Below the pieces are notes generated by a model. It worked only from the letters and a program-made list of their open reading frames with translations. It had not been told where the DNA came from and did no database searches. From Calcarisporiella thermophila CBS 279.70 (Eukaryota; Fungi; Calcarisporiellomycota), in contig NW_027192200.1 of NCBI RefSeq assembly GCF_041956535.1, positions 329,477-393,476 of the forward strand: a stretch of 64,000 nt of DNA. The letters are read 5' to 3'. Made by a program: the position numbers and the translations under genes. Positions 1 to 12,049 of this stretch are shown here, one piece after another. Position 1 is the first letter of the stretch; each line of letters begins with the position of its first letter.

Positions 1-3000
1 GTCTTAAACTTTGGGGATTGTATAAAATATCGGTAATAACTCTTCTGATAATGGGGTTCTATGCAAATATTTATTTGAACATCCATAGAATGCATTAAAA
101 TTCCTGAACAAGGATTGCGGAGTATGTCATGGTAACATCAGAATATCCTCTATCTTCACCAACAAGGCTGGAGAATGGAAGTTAGGAGGATTTGAGCTAA
201 TGAGTTCTATGCAAGAAGAAAGCCCAGTCATTCTGGTATTTCCATTTGATATACCGTATTCTACGAGAATATTTTTTTATATTCCTATTTTTTTAGACAT
301 ACGGTGGGCTTGTTCCAGAATCGGCAAGATATGCCGCACCAGAAATTGCAAAAGGCGGATGGTCAGGGATTAAAGAGTATATATTATTTACTCTATATAT
401 TTTAACTGGTTTGATTCACGAATCAACTTATTAAACTAGTCACAATATTTCTGCTTATGATGCATGGCAATTCGCATGCCTTATCTATGAAGTATACAAT
501 GGCGTCTTCAGTTCACAGGATCAACTTCGCGCGGTTGGCTCTATTCCTAGTGTACGTAATTCCACCCCGAGCCATCCTAGCTACTTCTGCTAATCTTATA
601 TTTTTTAGAAAATGCATGGTGAATACAAAGCACTTTTAAACCCGAGCCCACGTACCCGCCCTGATGTTACGCGCTTCATTGACTTTGGCTTGCGGCAAAA
701 TGGCTATTTTCAAGACAATCTGATACAAGTAAATCTCTTTTTGGAGAATCTTGCTATGAAAGACACAAAGGAAAAGGAAGCATTTTACAAGTAAATATCT
801 GAAATCTGGTGAAATGTATTGTACCAGTTTGCTAACTTTGTTTAACTGCAGGAAATTAGATGGGATAATTGACAAACTGCCGTCTGAAATTTGTAAATAT
901 AAGATTCTCAACGAACTTATCAATGCTTTCGAATACGGCTCAGGTAACATAAACATTCTATTTTTTTTCATCTGGTACGATAAGAGTATAGCTATTTATT
1001 TAACATAGGTGGGGCTAAAGTTTTAGGACCAATTATGAAGATTGGTGCATCTCTGTCAGATGAGGAATACGAAAAAACAATTGTGAATTCAATAGTCAAA
1101 ATGTTTGCATCTCCTGATCGCGCAATTCGCCTTGGCTTGCTTGAGAACCTTGCTTCGTTTGTGGACCACCTGAGCAATAAAACTGTGAATGATAAGATTT
1201 ATTCCCACGTGGTAAGTAGATATTTCATCCCCACACCAAAGGGCCAAAATCAATGACTGACATGTATTCTTGCATAGGCAACTGGATTTTCGGATACTGT
1301 GCCTCTTATTCGAGAGTGGACTGTGAAGAGCATTTTGTTATTAGCGCCAAAGGTAATTAAGCGGAAATGAATAGACGCTTAATGCTAATTAACCTTATGG
1401 TGATTTTACTTTAATACAGTTAAGTGATAAAAACATCAACTACGACTTACTTCGTCACATGGGTAAATTACAAATGGATGAGGAACCCGGAATTAGAACA
1501 AATACCACTATATGCTTGGGAAAAATTAGCAAATATATGAATGATTCGGTATGTATTTGGTCAGAAAATTCTTGATCTCTGAATCAGATTTTGATTTTTT
1601 GATCGATTTAGACGAAGAAAAAGGTGCTAATTCCTGGATTCACGAGAGGGCTGCGAGACCCATTCCCACATGCACGAGTTGCAAGTTTAATGGCCTTAAG
1701 TGGTAAGTAATTTTCCGTCATATCATTTTTCGTTGCACCTGCCCATTACTAAATCTATACTCTATAATAGCTACTTGTGAATATTATGATGCCGCCGACA
1801 TATCAAGTAAAATCATCCCTTGTATCTCGCTAGCCCTAGTTGACAAAGAAAAGTAAGATAATTTGTTTGGAGTTACTGTTTTTTATCATGGTTTATATTA
1901 AATTGAGCTTCTAAATAGAATTGTGCGGAACCAGGCATTCAAAGCAATTGATATTTTTATTAAGCGTGCTGAGAAACTGGCCGAATCTATGGTAATTTGA
2001 ATTTCCCCCACCCCCCTGCTATACCGCCACTTTCTCTAACCGTTCGATGCTACATAGCCGGAAACTGCTGAGCCCGACCACGGCGCAGCCAATAACCAAA
2101 GCTCTCTGCAATCGAACCAATCTGGAGTGACTTCTTCCACAACTCTTAGTAGTAGTGCAGTTGATCTTGCCGGATGGGCGGTTACCTCACTAACAAAAAA
2201 GTTGGCGGGCGGAGACGATTCACTTCTCGCAACAGCAGCTGCCGTCGCAATTGGCTCTGCCGCTGGTACCATTAATGGAAATGGGCAAGAACAGTTAAAT
2301 TCACAAATTTCTCCGGTAAATGGAAAGTTTTCCCGAGGAATTGCGGATCTACAACCAGCACCCACGCAGGCTAGCACTGTTACCCGCTCGTTCACACATT
2401 TAAGCGCACCACCATCAAACGAGGGTGATGGGTGGGGCGATGACGAAGACCTGTTTGGATTTGGCGATGGAGCAGAGGGTTGGGGTAATCTTTACTTATC
2501 TATTACACTATTTGGAAGTACATTGACAATATTTCTGAATGGACAGAACCAATGGAAGATGAGCCGCCATTTATAGAAGTCCCTGATATTTCCACTTTGC
2601 ATGTCACATCGTCAACGCCATCATATACAAGAAACACTAGTCCCCTCAATAATACCTCTACCACAACTACATCTACAACGAAAACTTCTTCTGCGAAGGC
2701 TTCTAGTGGAATGAAGCTACCATCAAAGAGTGTCAATGGTAACTAAATCTAGGCTTGAACCTCTATTTGCCATTTTTTCATGCGTAATTTTCTTGGTTTA
2801 GCGATCCCCGATGGGTGGGATTTCGAAGATGATGAAATGGGAGGATGGGAAGACACATCACCTAAGCCAACGACTTCTTCGTCTACCCGTTTGAGTAAAG
2901 AAGAGCGTGCGTCAATGCTTCAGCGGAAGCGCGAGGAGCGCCGAGAGGTAAGCACGGTTTTTCTTTTCCCCTACTCAGACCTCAGTTTTTGTTAATATTT

Positions 3001-3079
3001 TTGGTCTCTTTTGCGCCTATAGAAAATGGCAGAATTGCGAGAGCAGAAGAAGAAAGCAAGCGGGGTCGTTAGAAAATAG
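1..3079 (+). CDS. SCYL1: SCY1-like pseudokinase with HEAT repeats (SCYL1/Cex1), multi-exon, 5' end outside window
   Basis: Spliced exons read HGNIRISSIFTNKAGEWKLGGFEL, YAAPE, D-A-W-Q-F-ACLIYEVYN, FASPDRAIRLGLLENL, GFSDTVPLIREWTVKS, QMDEEPGIRTNTTICLGKI, RGLRDPFPHARVA; acidic GWGDD tail; last exon KMAELREQKKKASGVVRK* ends 3079. Confidence 0.9.
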
Positions 3080-3503
3080 CAAAAATTATAAAACATTTAT
3101 ATAAACCCAGTTAATATTTAGTCGAATGCAGTATTACCGACTAGTGTCCCATATCATCTAATAAATAAACGAACTCTTTGAGTCGATCTCTATGGAAGTT
3201 AAAAATTCGATGGTAACAATGTCCTTATTAGGTTTAGATTTGAGTTTTACTTGCTTTTATTCACGAAAAAAAAAAAAGTAAATGTGGAGTGTGAAATAGA
3301 TTGGGCCAGGACCTAATTTCGAACTATTTGCTTTTTGCAAGAAGCAAACTCCGAGCAAACCAGTTGAATAAGCATTCTCCTACTTTCCTATTTATTGTTT
3401 TATTCCAGGGCCTTAATAGAACTATTCTATAGCAGCAGTATATAAACGCTCCTCCTCGTGAAGGTCATCCAATTGCGGGATAGCATGAAATGAGTGCACC
3501 ATT

Positions 3504-5730
3504 ATGTGGACCGCAACTCCGGCAGACACGCACCCTCCCAACAATGAGCGCGGTCCAGCTGCACGAACCCTACTGGAGCTCGACGCCGATATCTTTCCCT
3601 TAATCCTCGACTATCTCGACGCTAGAAGCATAACACATCTCTCTCGCACGAATCGATTTTTTTATGCTGAATGCCGCAAATACCTTGCTTTTCATTCTGC
3701 TCAATGGATCCTCTCCCCATCTGCAACCCACAACTCCCCTCCCGCATTACATGCCCGCGGCGCTGCACTCGTTGGTATGGAGCTGTACGTACCCTTTCTG
3801 ACCACGACCCCTGCTTGCTATATCCTCGACTTGAAGACTATGCAGTGGCGCATAGCTCAGGTGCACATTGATAACGACCTCGAGTTTCGCCCGTTCGTAG
3901 CTCCTGTTGTAAGTGTAGGACGAAAACTTTATCTATTCGGTGGGCGCAAGTTCAGGCCATATCAACTATCAAATGACCTGTATGTGCTTGATACGGAAAC
4001 GATGCATTTACGGCGATTGACCGATATTCACGGCACACCACCAAAACCGCGCCATGAGCACTCATTTGATGTAGTCTTGAACCGATACCTGATCACGTTC
4101 GGGGGGATAGTAAACCGATCTCTAGGTAGGAACAAGTCGAGTGGATTGGAAACTGTGCAAGCTTGAAGAGCTCATTTTCCCTTGATTTATAGAATTTTTT
4201 TTCCAATTATACCCCTTATATTCTTTTATTAATTTCTAATTTTTTCTTGATAATTTTTGCGGGCAAACTTTCATTCAAATATGGAGTAGAATGATAAAAG
4301 TGCTAGCAATAATACCCGATGGATTGACACTATGAAAGTTCGTTTTTGGCTTATTAACTTATGCTATCATTTTTATAGGTGAGAACGATGTATTTGTCTT
4401 CGATATAGACGAGGAGGTTTGGCACGAGCCCATGGTCCAAGGTCAGAAGCCCTATCTGCGATTTGGGCACTCAACAGCTGTAATCGATCAATACCTCTAC
4501 GTATATGGCGGAACTCAGCTTTATAGTCACGATTCGAGCATAGTATTTGATGATTTTTATCGTCTTGACTGCAGTTCTTTTCAGTGGCACAAAATTGATT
4601 GGTACCATGGGGGTAGCGAAGAGCAATCTGTGATTTCGGCCACTGGCCCATCGCCCCTGGAACGTTTCGAGTGCGGAATGGTGGCAGTGGGACAAAAGCT
4701 CTTAATTTTCGGTGGGCGAACATTCACAATGGATAGCAATGACCGTGCAATCTTGGTAGACTACCCGCTGCAAACAGTGGACATCTACCACACCCGCAGC
4801 TCACATTGGTCGCGTCTCATTGTGAACGGGTGTAACGATGGGGCAGAAATGATATGTGCACAGGATCTAACATGCATGGTTGTGCCGCCTATGGGATTTT
4901 CAGATGGACAAGAAAAATATGTTCTAGTGATCGGGCAACAAAAATCCGTCACGTCCAGTAGCTCAGGTGAGAGTCAGATGAGCGAAGGATCCACTGGGGG
5001 ATGGGAGGCGCATTCCCCCCCTGCAGAAGCTTCTGCTTCCCTGTCTTCATCCTCATCGAGCTCTTCCGCAGGAAAGCGATCCGTGTTGTCTCCACAGCTA
5101 TATTCAACCTCTTTACCTTTCTCTTCCCCTAGTTCAGCCACTATCGTGGGTCGCTCCGTCCTCACACCTTCTACTTGCGCTCAACCTCACGAAGGGGTAG
5201 CCAAGCCCTGCCCGGATACTATTTTAGAAGACGTTGAAAAAGAGATTGAAGAGGAAATGGAAGATATGCTATTTTCCGTTGAGCCTTACGAAGTCGACAA
5301 ATCAAGCCCAGTTGGTAACTATTTCGATCCAATCGTCGGGCATGTGAACGAGATATTATATCACGATGATAAAGACGAGGACAATTCTTCCTCTTCGATC
5401 CAGACTCAATTTTTGGCCGAATCCCCTTCTACATACCAATCGCACAATTACCCAACTCCCTCCTTTAATCCCTCCACATCGGGTGTGCAGCAGTCAATAC
5501 CCCAAGCACCTCTATTACCCCTGGCCACGACATCTTCTCTACCTCATGCGCCAGCTTCAAGCTTCCACCAACAGCTTTCTATGTCGCAGCCCCCTTCACA
5601 TCAGCACGCTAATACATCAGGATGCGATTCAAGTGGGTCGGAGGTCTTTTGGCAGGATAAAGACGGCAAATTCACTCTGACGATGTTTTGTTCATTTCTG
5701 AAACTAGATCATTCGATAAACCCTTTATGA
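3504..5730 (+). CDS. F-box plus Kelch-repeat protein with Ser/Pro-rich tail (2 exons, intron ~4126-4378)
   Basis: N-terminal F-box-like LLELDADIFPLILDYLDARSITHLSRTNRFF; kelch motifs KLYLFGG, PKPRHEHS...ITFGG, LRFGHSTAVIDQYLYVYGG, KLLIFGG. Confidence 0.8.
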
Positions 5731-6742
5731 CACTTTATTATAAAACTGCGTCACTTTTGTTTGCTTGCTATATATAGATTCTGGTAATAATATTCCTTTT
5801 TTAAAATGTATTATATTTCTGCATTGAAGGTTGGCAAATAAAAATATTCGAATTACTTAGAGCAATGATGCTTTCATTGTTGATAATATAAACAAATGGG
5901 ATTAAATAATGATTCCTTTTTCTAAGGCTCTTTCCTCGAAGTTTCGCATTTTTAAGATTTGACATTCAATAGTTGTTCAAACCCTATGATTTAGACCTTC
6001 TTGTAACAATTCTTAAATTCATTATTTTATGGCTATAATACTGCATGTGGTCAGATTTTCAACACAATGCCCTCGGTTATATCCTTATTGAATAACTGCG
6101 TTGGTCATAACAATGTGATTGATCAGACACTTTTTCGGAGATGAATCGTAGATTGTTAAGAAAATAGGACAAGCGGTAATGATATCTTTACATAACAAAA
6201 AGATAGATCGAACAAGTCAATCCGAGAGAGGATGCGTTGTTAGAGTTCAGCCTGAATATTCACAAAATAATCTGAGAACTAGACTCTCAAGACATTAGGA
6301 TTAATAATATTTCACAGGTATAAGATCGAAATTAAATGGAAAAAAAGCGTAGATGTAGGCTGAAGAAATAGAGCTGTTAAGTCGAAAACTATTTTTGTGC
6401 AGCTCGTGGCTCAAGTATACATATTTATTCGCAATTTAAAAGTGCGTTGGATAGGGTATTAAGCATCCATTATTACTGAGTTTTATTTTCTTGCGCATAG
6501 AATAATCGCAAATCTACAACTGATAGTGCAAGAGAATACTTAAAAATAAAGTAGATTTTTCTAGCATTCTACACTCTCAGAGGTAGAAACAAGATGATTT
6601 AGGATAAGAACAGTTAAACAACTACAAAAATAGTATATATAGAAATTTTCAACCAATAATATTTTTTCCCTATAAGGGCGCGAGAACCTGCGTCTTGTGT
6701 TTCAGCCAATAAGGCTCCCCGAAAAAGTCTGTAAAAATTGGG

Positions 6743-6838
6743 TTATAAATTGACTTGGCGAATATCCATTTCAAGGAATTGCCTGTGGTGGAGTTGGTAA
6801 TTGTTAGCTCAATAACAACAAAGCCGTGGGTTCAATCC
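6743..6838 (+). promoter_or_regulatory. RNA polymerase III promoter: TATA-like TTATAAAT (6743), A box TGGTGGAGTTGG (6786-6797), B box GGTTCAATCC (6829-6838)
   Basis: Matches to tRNA-type A/B box consensus with tRNA-like spacing, directly upstream of the SRP RNA. Confidence 0.7.
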
Positions 6839-6843
6839 AGTTA

Positions 6844-7131
6844 GTCGGCAACATTCACGAGTTGCTGTGACCAAGTGGGACTAAGGTGGATGGATGCGTG
6901 TGCTGGCGGGCTTAATAACCATAGCTCGGATAGCGACGTTGTCCGCATTGAGTTGGGTGTGTGCATTCTCTCCTTGGCGTAGGCCGATGAGAGGAGGTAC
7001 TTGAATACCGGGGAACCACCAGAGGCCAGAAATGGAGCATGGGAAACTCGGAGCACTCATCGGCAATGGGATAGCAATGTCAAGGCTGTTCGTAAGTTAT
7101 GGTTACCGTTCAACATACACAGACTACCATT
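6844..7131 (+). ncRNA. Signal recognition particle RNA (7SL) with complete Alu domain
   Basis: Alu: GUC-GGCAAC(loop)GUUGC-UGUGA(UGUNR motif)-CC-AAGU-GG-GAC; GUCCGCAUUGAGUU matches metazoan GUCCGCACUAAGUU; helix 6 GGC-GUAG-GCC (GNAR loop, 6979-6982); helix 8 AGG-CCA-GAAA-UGG-AGCA SRP54 site (7023-7039); GGCAAUGGGAUAGC and 3' CAACAUAcacAGAC; ends in T-runs. Confidence 0.9.
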
Positions 7132-7140
7132 TTGTTTTTT
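7130..7140 (+). terminator. Pol III terminator TTTTGTTTTTT
   Basis: T4 and T6 runs immediately after the SRP RNA 3' end. Confidence 0.75.
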
Positions 7141-7309
7141 GACTTATTTTTATTTAAAACGAATTCCTACACTACACTATGATGAAAATAATTTCAATAG
7201 CATCGATATATTATAGCTTTCATTGACAAAAACTTGCGTTAAACCAAAGCTTGATGTAATATAATGCCTATATTCATTACTTTTCTTCCAGCTAATTGTG
7301 ACATAGCAG

Positions 7310-8066
7310 TTAGTTTTGCCTTCTTTTCTGCTTATTCTTGTTTATTGTTTTCTTCATTCCAAATTTCCTTCGGGTTTGCTTTTGCACTTTTGTAGGAGGG
7401 GATACGAAATCGTCCTCATCATTTGGCAGGAGCAGTTGAACAAGTGAACAAGGACGTAACGAGTTGTTTGTAAGCCTTTTCGATACTTTCTTAGACAATA
7501 GAAGAGACTGAGGAGGAGACGTTTCCATTGGTGTAATCTGATTCTGCGTATTTTTACTTTACAAGTAGCAGTATAGCAATAGTAAGAATGCGCATATATT
7601 CAAGATAAAACATAATTCAAATGATGCTTCACCTTCGGATTTTTGCTTCAGGTATTGTCTCTTCTATGAATATAAGCAAAAAACTTGGTTGCGCTTCTAA
7701 GTTCGAATCCTATCTCTTGATGGACCCTGAAAGGATCGCTTGTGATATAATTTCTTTCGCAAGCTAGCGAGTGGTTTCCAGCCTTTTAATAGAAGAGCAC
7801 TAGCTATATATATTTTGGTTTCTTGTAACGTTTTAAACCGATATTTGAACTCGAGTAACCTGGATATCCTTTTTATAATTCTCTGCCTTCTCGAGGAATC
7901 TCTGAAAGCTGTTTTCTCTGATTAAATTTTTTCCCATTATATGCGCGTGCGCATTTATGGTAAACTTGGTGTAATATCTTGCGAAGAATCCAACAAGATT
8001 GGAAAGGCCGGTTTCAGAGAGAAGGGATGCATTTATTGAAACAGGCCTATTTGCTTTTAATAGCAT
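7310..8066 (-). pseudogene. Fragmented coding-like sequence of unknown family
   Basis: Protein-like ORF pieces (7833-8066, 7310-7528) and an apparent intron (~7560-7632), but the linking frames contain shifts and stops. Confidence 0.25.
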
Positions 8067-8286
8067 TCGATCAATTAAGAGCAGTCACGGTAATGTTGCC
8101 GTTCCTATGAATTGAGAATAATTTCTAGATCAATATTTACTTAACATAATTTTATTGCTTGGTAATAAAAAGACAAATCCTAGTGAGAAATAAAATATAT
8201 AATGGCTTTGTGAATTTACAAAAAGAAAAAACAGTTTATAAAGAGAAGGAAAAAAAAAAATATGATTAAAAATTTAACAGTTACAC

Positions 8287-9405
8287 TTATGAAACATAGC
8301 GGGTAAATGTTCCCATTGTAAGATAGTTCCCTTTTTTCTCTTCTTTATCTTTGCGGAATATGGAGCGAATGGCTGCAGATTCTCTCTTTTGTTTGGCCTT
8401 TAGTTCCTCTGTGACTTTAGCTGCAATGGCCGCTGCTCCTAATGGGGCACTATCGAGTGCAATTTTCTTCTCAATTGAAGCATCAGAGCCGCTTCCCGAG
8501 GAGGGCGGGGTTGGAGGTGATTTGCGTTTCACACCTGTCTCCACACCATTAGCTGACACATCAGTGCCTAATTTTTCTTTTTTCTTCGATTTCTTCTTTT
8601 CTTTCTGCGAGAGAGAAAAATCAATCCGTAAGTAAAATATCCATAGCGTGTAAATAAAAATAATTGATATACCTTTGAAGCCATCGCCTTTCTCGTCTCC
8701 ATTGCCAAGCGCATCTTTTCTAGTTCCTCCGGCTTGGGATTAATAACAATAATGTCATCTTCGATAAATTCCTTATTGCACTACAAGAATGTTTGCGAAG
8801 ATATTATTAATGAGTATTCTATCCGCATAATTATTATATATTGCTTACATTTAAACAAAGATTTGAAGGAACCTCCTTCAATGCCTGCTCCGAAAGCACA
8901 CAACCGCAGGTTGCAAAATATATGAACCTGTGATTGCCATTCATTTCTCGTTGAGTCACGGGGCATACAAATTGTGCAGTCATAGTGTGATTGGTAGCAA
9001 TTACCGGTCTACTTGTACTTTTCTCATTGTATGCAGGATTTAGTGTTAAATTCAGTGTAACAACATCTTTAAGAGAGCGTATATGACTGCAAATTTTATC
9101 GGCATCGCCATAGGTACTATTGTCGAGAAGATACTCGATTACGGCATCACGATTGTAGAGTTTTCCTAATCCGCACGATACTACTGGTAGATCAAGAAGT
9201 TTCTATAATGAAAAAAAAATTATTTAAATGAATCATCAATAGAAAACGAAGAAAAGTTGATCAAAGAGATTTGCAAAATTACCTTAGATAATGCGCAGTA
9301 AAACCATTGAGCTATTTGTTGTGCATTTTGATCGGGTCTTTCTTCCTTCTTCTTTTCCTTTACTAACTCGTGGCGTCTAGGGATTGAGCCTCCGTCGTTT
9401 CCCAT
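8287..9405 (-). CDS. RTF2: Replication termination factor 2 (Rtf2/C20orf43), multi-exon
   Basis: Diagnostic N-terminus MGNDGGSIPRRHELVK, WFYCALSK, SCGLGKLYNRDAVIEYLL, RING-like C..C; C-terminus AIRSIF...NYLTMGTFTRYVS*. Confidence 0.93.
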
Positions 9406-9833
9406 GTTAATTTATCTCCAAGATCAAGTTGATCTAAAGTCTGAAGAGGCTTTTATAAGATCAGCTACTGCGCCACCAACCAATCATCTCTCTTTATATG
9501 TACTTATTGTAACAAAGATTTCAAGAGCAAATGCGGACAGTTGTAACCAATGGGACAGCACTTATTGAAATATTCCACTAGAACGCAAACCCTATGATAT
9601 AGGATAAGTTCTCTATTAACACATGCGATTACTAGAATCTAGTTGTCAATACCAGAAAAATTTGGGATATCCAAAGCGAGACATAGGAAACTTCGGAGTT
9701 GAAAATTTAAACTTTAGAGCTATCCCTGAAAGATATATCACCCTCAACCAGTAAAACAAGTCACATTCTGGAGAAATACATCACTATTGACAAAAGTTAA
9801 TTGCCACCCTGGTTTCCTATATGATCGTTAGTC

Positions 9834-11835
9834 ATGGAACAGCATTTATTAAATCTTATCTCAGCATCCAAGAAGGGTTTACACGAAGGAGAAGCTTTCT
9901 GCTCCAAAGCCAACATTTGCGTCGAAGAATGCCGGTCTAACTACAAAGGAGTTGGACGATCATGGCCGAAGCTCAAGTGGCTACACGATCAGCTCTCACA
10001 GCAATTGTTCGTTATTGAGCAGGCGGTTGCCATAGCTTCAACTCAGCGTGATAATTTTAATGCTTATTATAAAGTATATATAACAAAGTCGCAATGGTTC
10101 CCAGCAACTTTTTTAAAATAATTTTTAATAGTTTAAGCAAGACGATTTGGCGAATGCGATAGAAGCAGTAAATTCTATCCTCGAAAAACTGAAAAAAAGA
10201 AAAGTGGACGAAAAGTTTTTGCAGAATCGCATAATTAATAGCAGCGATGGGAAGATTGAATCGCCTAATTCTTCCCGCGAGTCCACCCTCTTCGATTTCG
10301 TTGATGAACATAGTGTTCATGAGCTGCGGGAGCGGACGGTAACGGAATTGAAAGAAATCCATGTAAGCATCGCTGATTTAAACTGTAATCTTTGTTACAA
10401 AGTATCATTATATTTTTTTATTTTTAGAAACTTTCGAATCAGAACGATGCTGTTGCTCAATCACTAATTTTACATCTCGATCAGTTTCGATCCAGTATGG
10501 TTGGAAACTCAATGTCACTTGAAGATTCGGGGTTGAAGTTTGCGAAAGAAAAGATGCTGATGCAAATGCAGGAAACCAATGCTATGGCCGAAGTTCTAAT
10601 GTATTTGACCAAGCACTACGATAAATTGCATGAAGCTTTAAGGTAAATATCTTTTTTTGTGAATAGATTTTTGATTGAAAAGGCAAGTTGCAGTAATACG
10701 GGTTAAATTTAATGAAAAAAATTGATTTATAGGAATATAAAGGTAAATAATTATCACAGTGAGAGGATAGACATCGCAAGTGAGTATCGTTCTCTACGAC
10801 AAACCCATATTTCAAAATCTCATTCTATAATATAAACAGATTTAGAAAGAGGCGTAGATGAGCTTCCGGCCATCATTAAAGAGTTAGAAGAATCACTACG
10901 AATAATCGAGTTAGCAAGGTGGCTACAATTTTGCAACTTAATGTTATCTTTAATTGAATGACTTTATGACGACCTGTTTATCTAGTGAGGATGTGCGAAT
11001 TCGCCGCAATGTCTATGAAGCTTCTCTTAAAGATGCTATCAAATTATTTACACAAGTGGAGAGCTTCTCGCGAGATTTAGAGGAATTTTCCGCCCATCTC
11101 AAGATCATCCAAGTAATAAATCTATTCTAATCATTTTGAACTAGAATGGATTCAATTAACTGACGATGATTAAATTCTTATTAAGGCCAATTTTCTAGAA
11201 CGGCAGCAAATTGTTGAACGCTATATTGAAGAGATGTGGAACCTTGCTGGCTGGTAAGCTTATTTATCTCGCATATACATCCAAGTATATATAAGTTTCT
11301 TATTTAACTATAGGTACGAGGAGTTTGCACTTTCTTACGAACACCTCCTTCTTGAAATCCAACGCCGCCATATAATTCGGCAGCAGCATCAAAAGATGGT
11401 GGAAGACTACAGCAAAAGGTTACAAGAATTATACCTTGGTAAAACCGACTTCTTCCTTTAACCAATTTTTAGGATCATCAATTTAATTTTGTCCATGTAG
11501 GAGAAATTCAGCAACAAAAGAACTTCCTGGAGAGTCATGGGCGATATTTACCAATGGACCTCTGTCCTGCTATAATGGTATGGTTTGCAAATGATATCCT
11601 CTGTTCTTTCAAAGGCGGTAAAAATATATTCACTTTCTGTGCAGGAACCTCCTGCCAAATATGATATTATTGTTCAAATACAGCCTCCACATTTACCCGT
11701 AATAGATCAAGAAAATCTTGACGAGGTAAGACTTCGCCTCTTATGCTTGTTTAGGTTTGCGAATCTCATTCTATTTGTCTCTTCCTGCAGGCACATAATA
11801 CCATATTGAGGTCGCGGCAGCGACCTTCCAACTAG
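9834..11835 (+). CDS. ATG17: Autophagy scaffold Atg17, multi-exon
   Basis: SKKGL..GEAFCSKAN, WPKLKWL, TLFDFVDEHSV, MAEVLMYLTKHYDK, DELPAIIKELEE, WYEEFALSYEHLLLEIQRR, HGRYLPMDLCP. Confidence 0.85.
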
Positions 11836-12049
11836 TATGAAGTCGTCTCCACCTTATCTGGTACACTCTTGTAGTTATACTATCTCGTGCTTTTTATTGT
11901 ATTTATATTGCATCTTGCTGCTGAGTTTCAAATTATAGATTTATTGAGTTATTCAAACATCATACACGGAGCAGTGAACACATTCGCTCCCAAACGTTGG
12001 CTATATACAAATGCACCTCGCCATTCAAACCACGCAAATAAATAAATTA

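Noticed and set aside
6779-6851. Functional tRNA gene
   Set aside because: A and B boxes are present, but the T-stem (GTGGG/CAGTT), D-stem and acceptor do not pair properly, and the 3' part overlaps the SRP Alu domain
6721-7131. RNase P RNA (GAAAAAGTCTGT could pair with ACAGACTA)
   Set aside because: The SRP Alu, helix 6 and helix 8 motifs explain the sequence much better, and the putative CR-I lies upstream of the TATA/A-box
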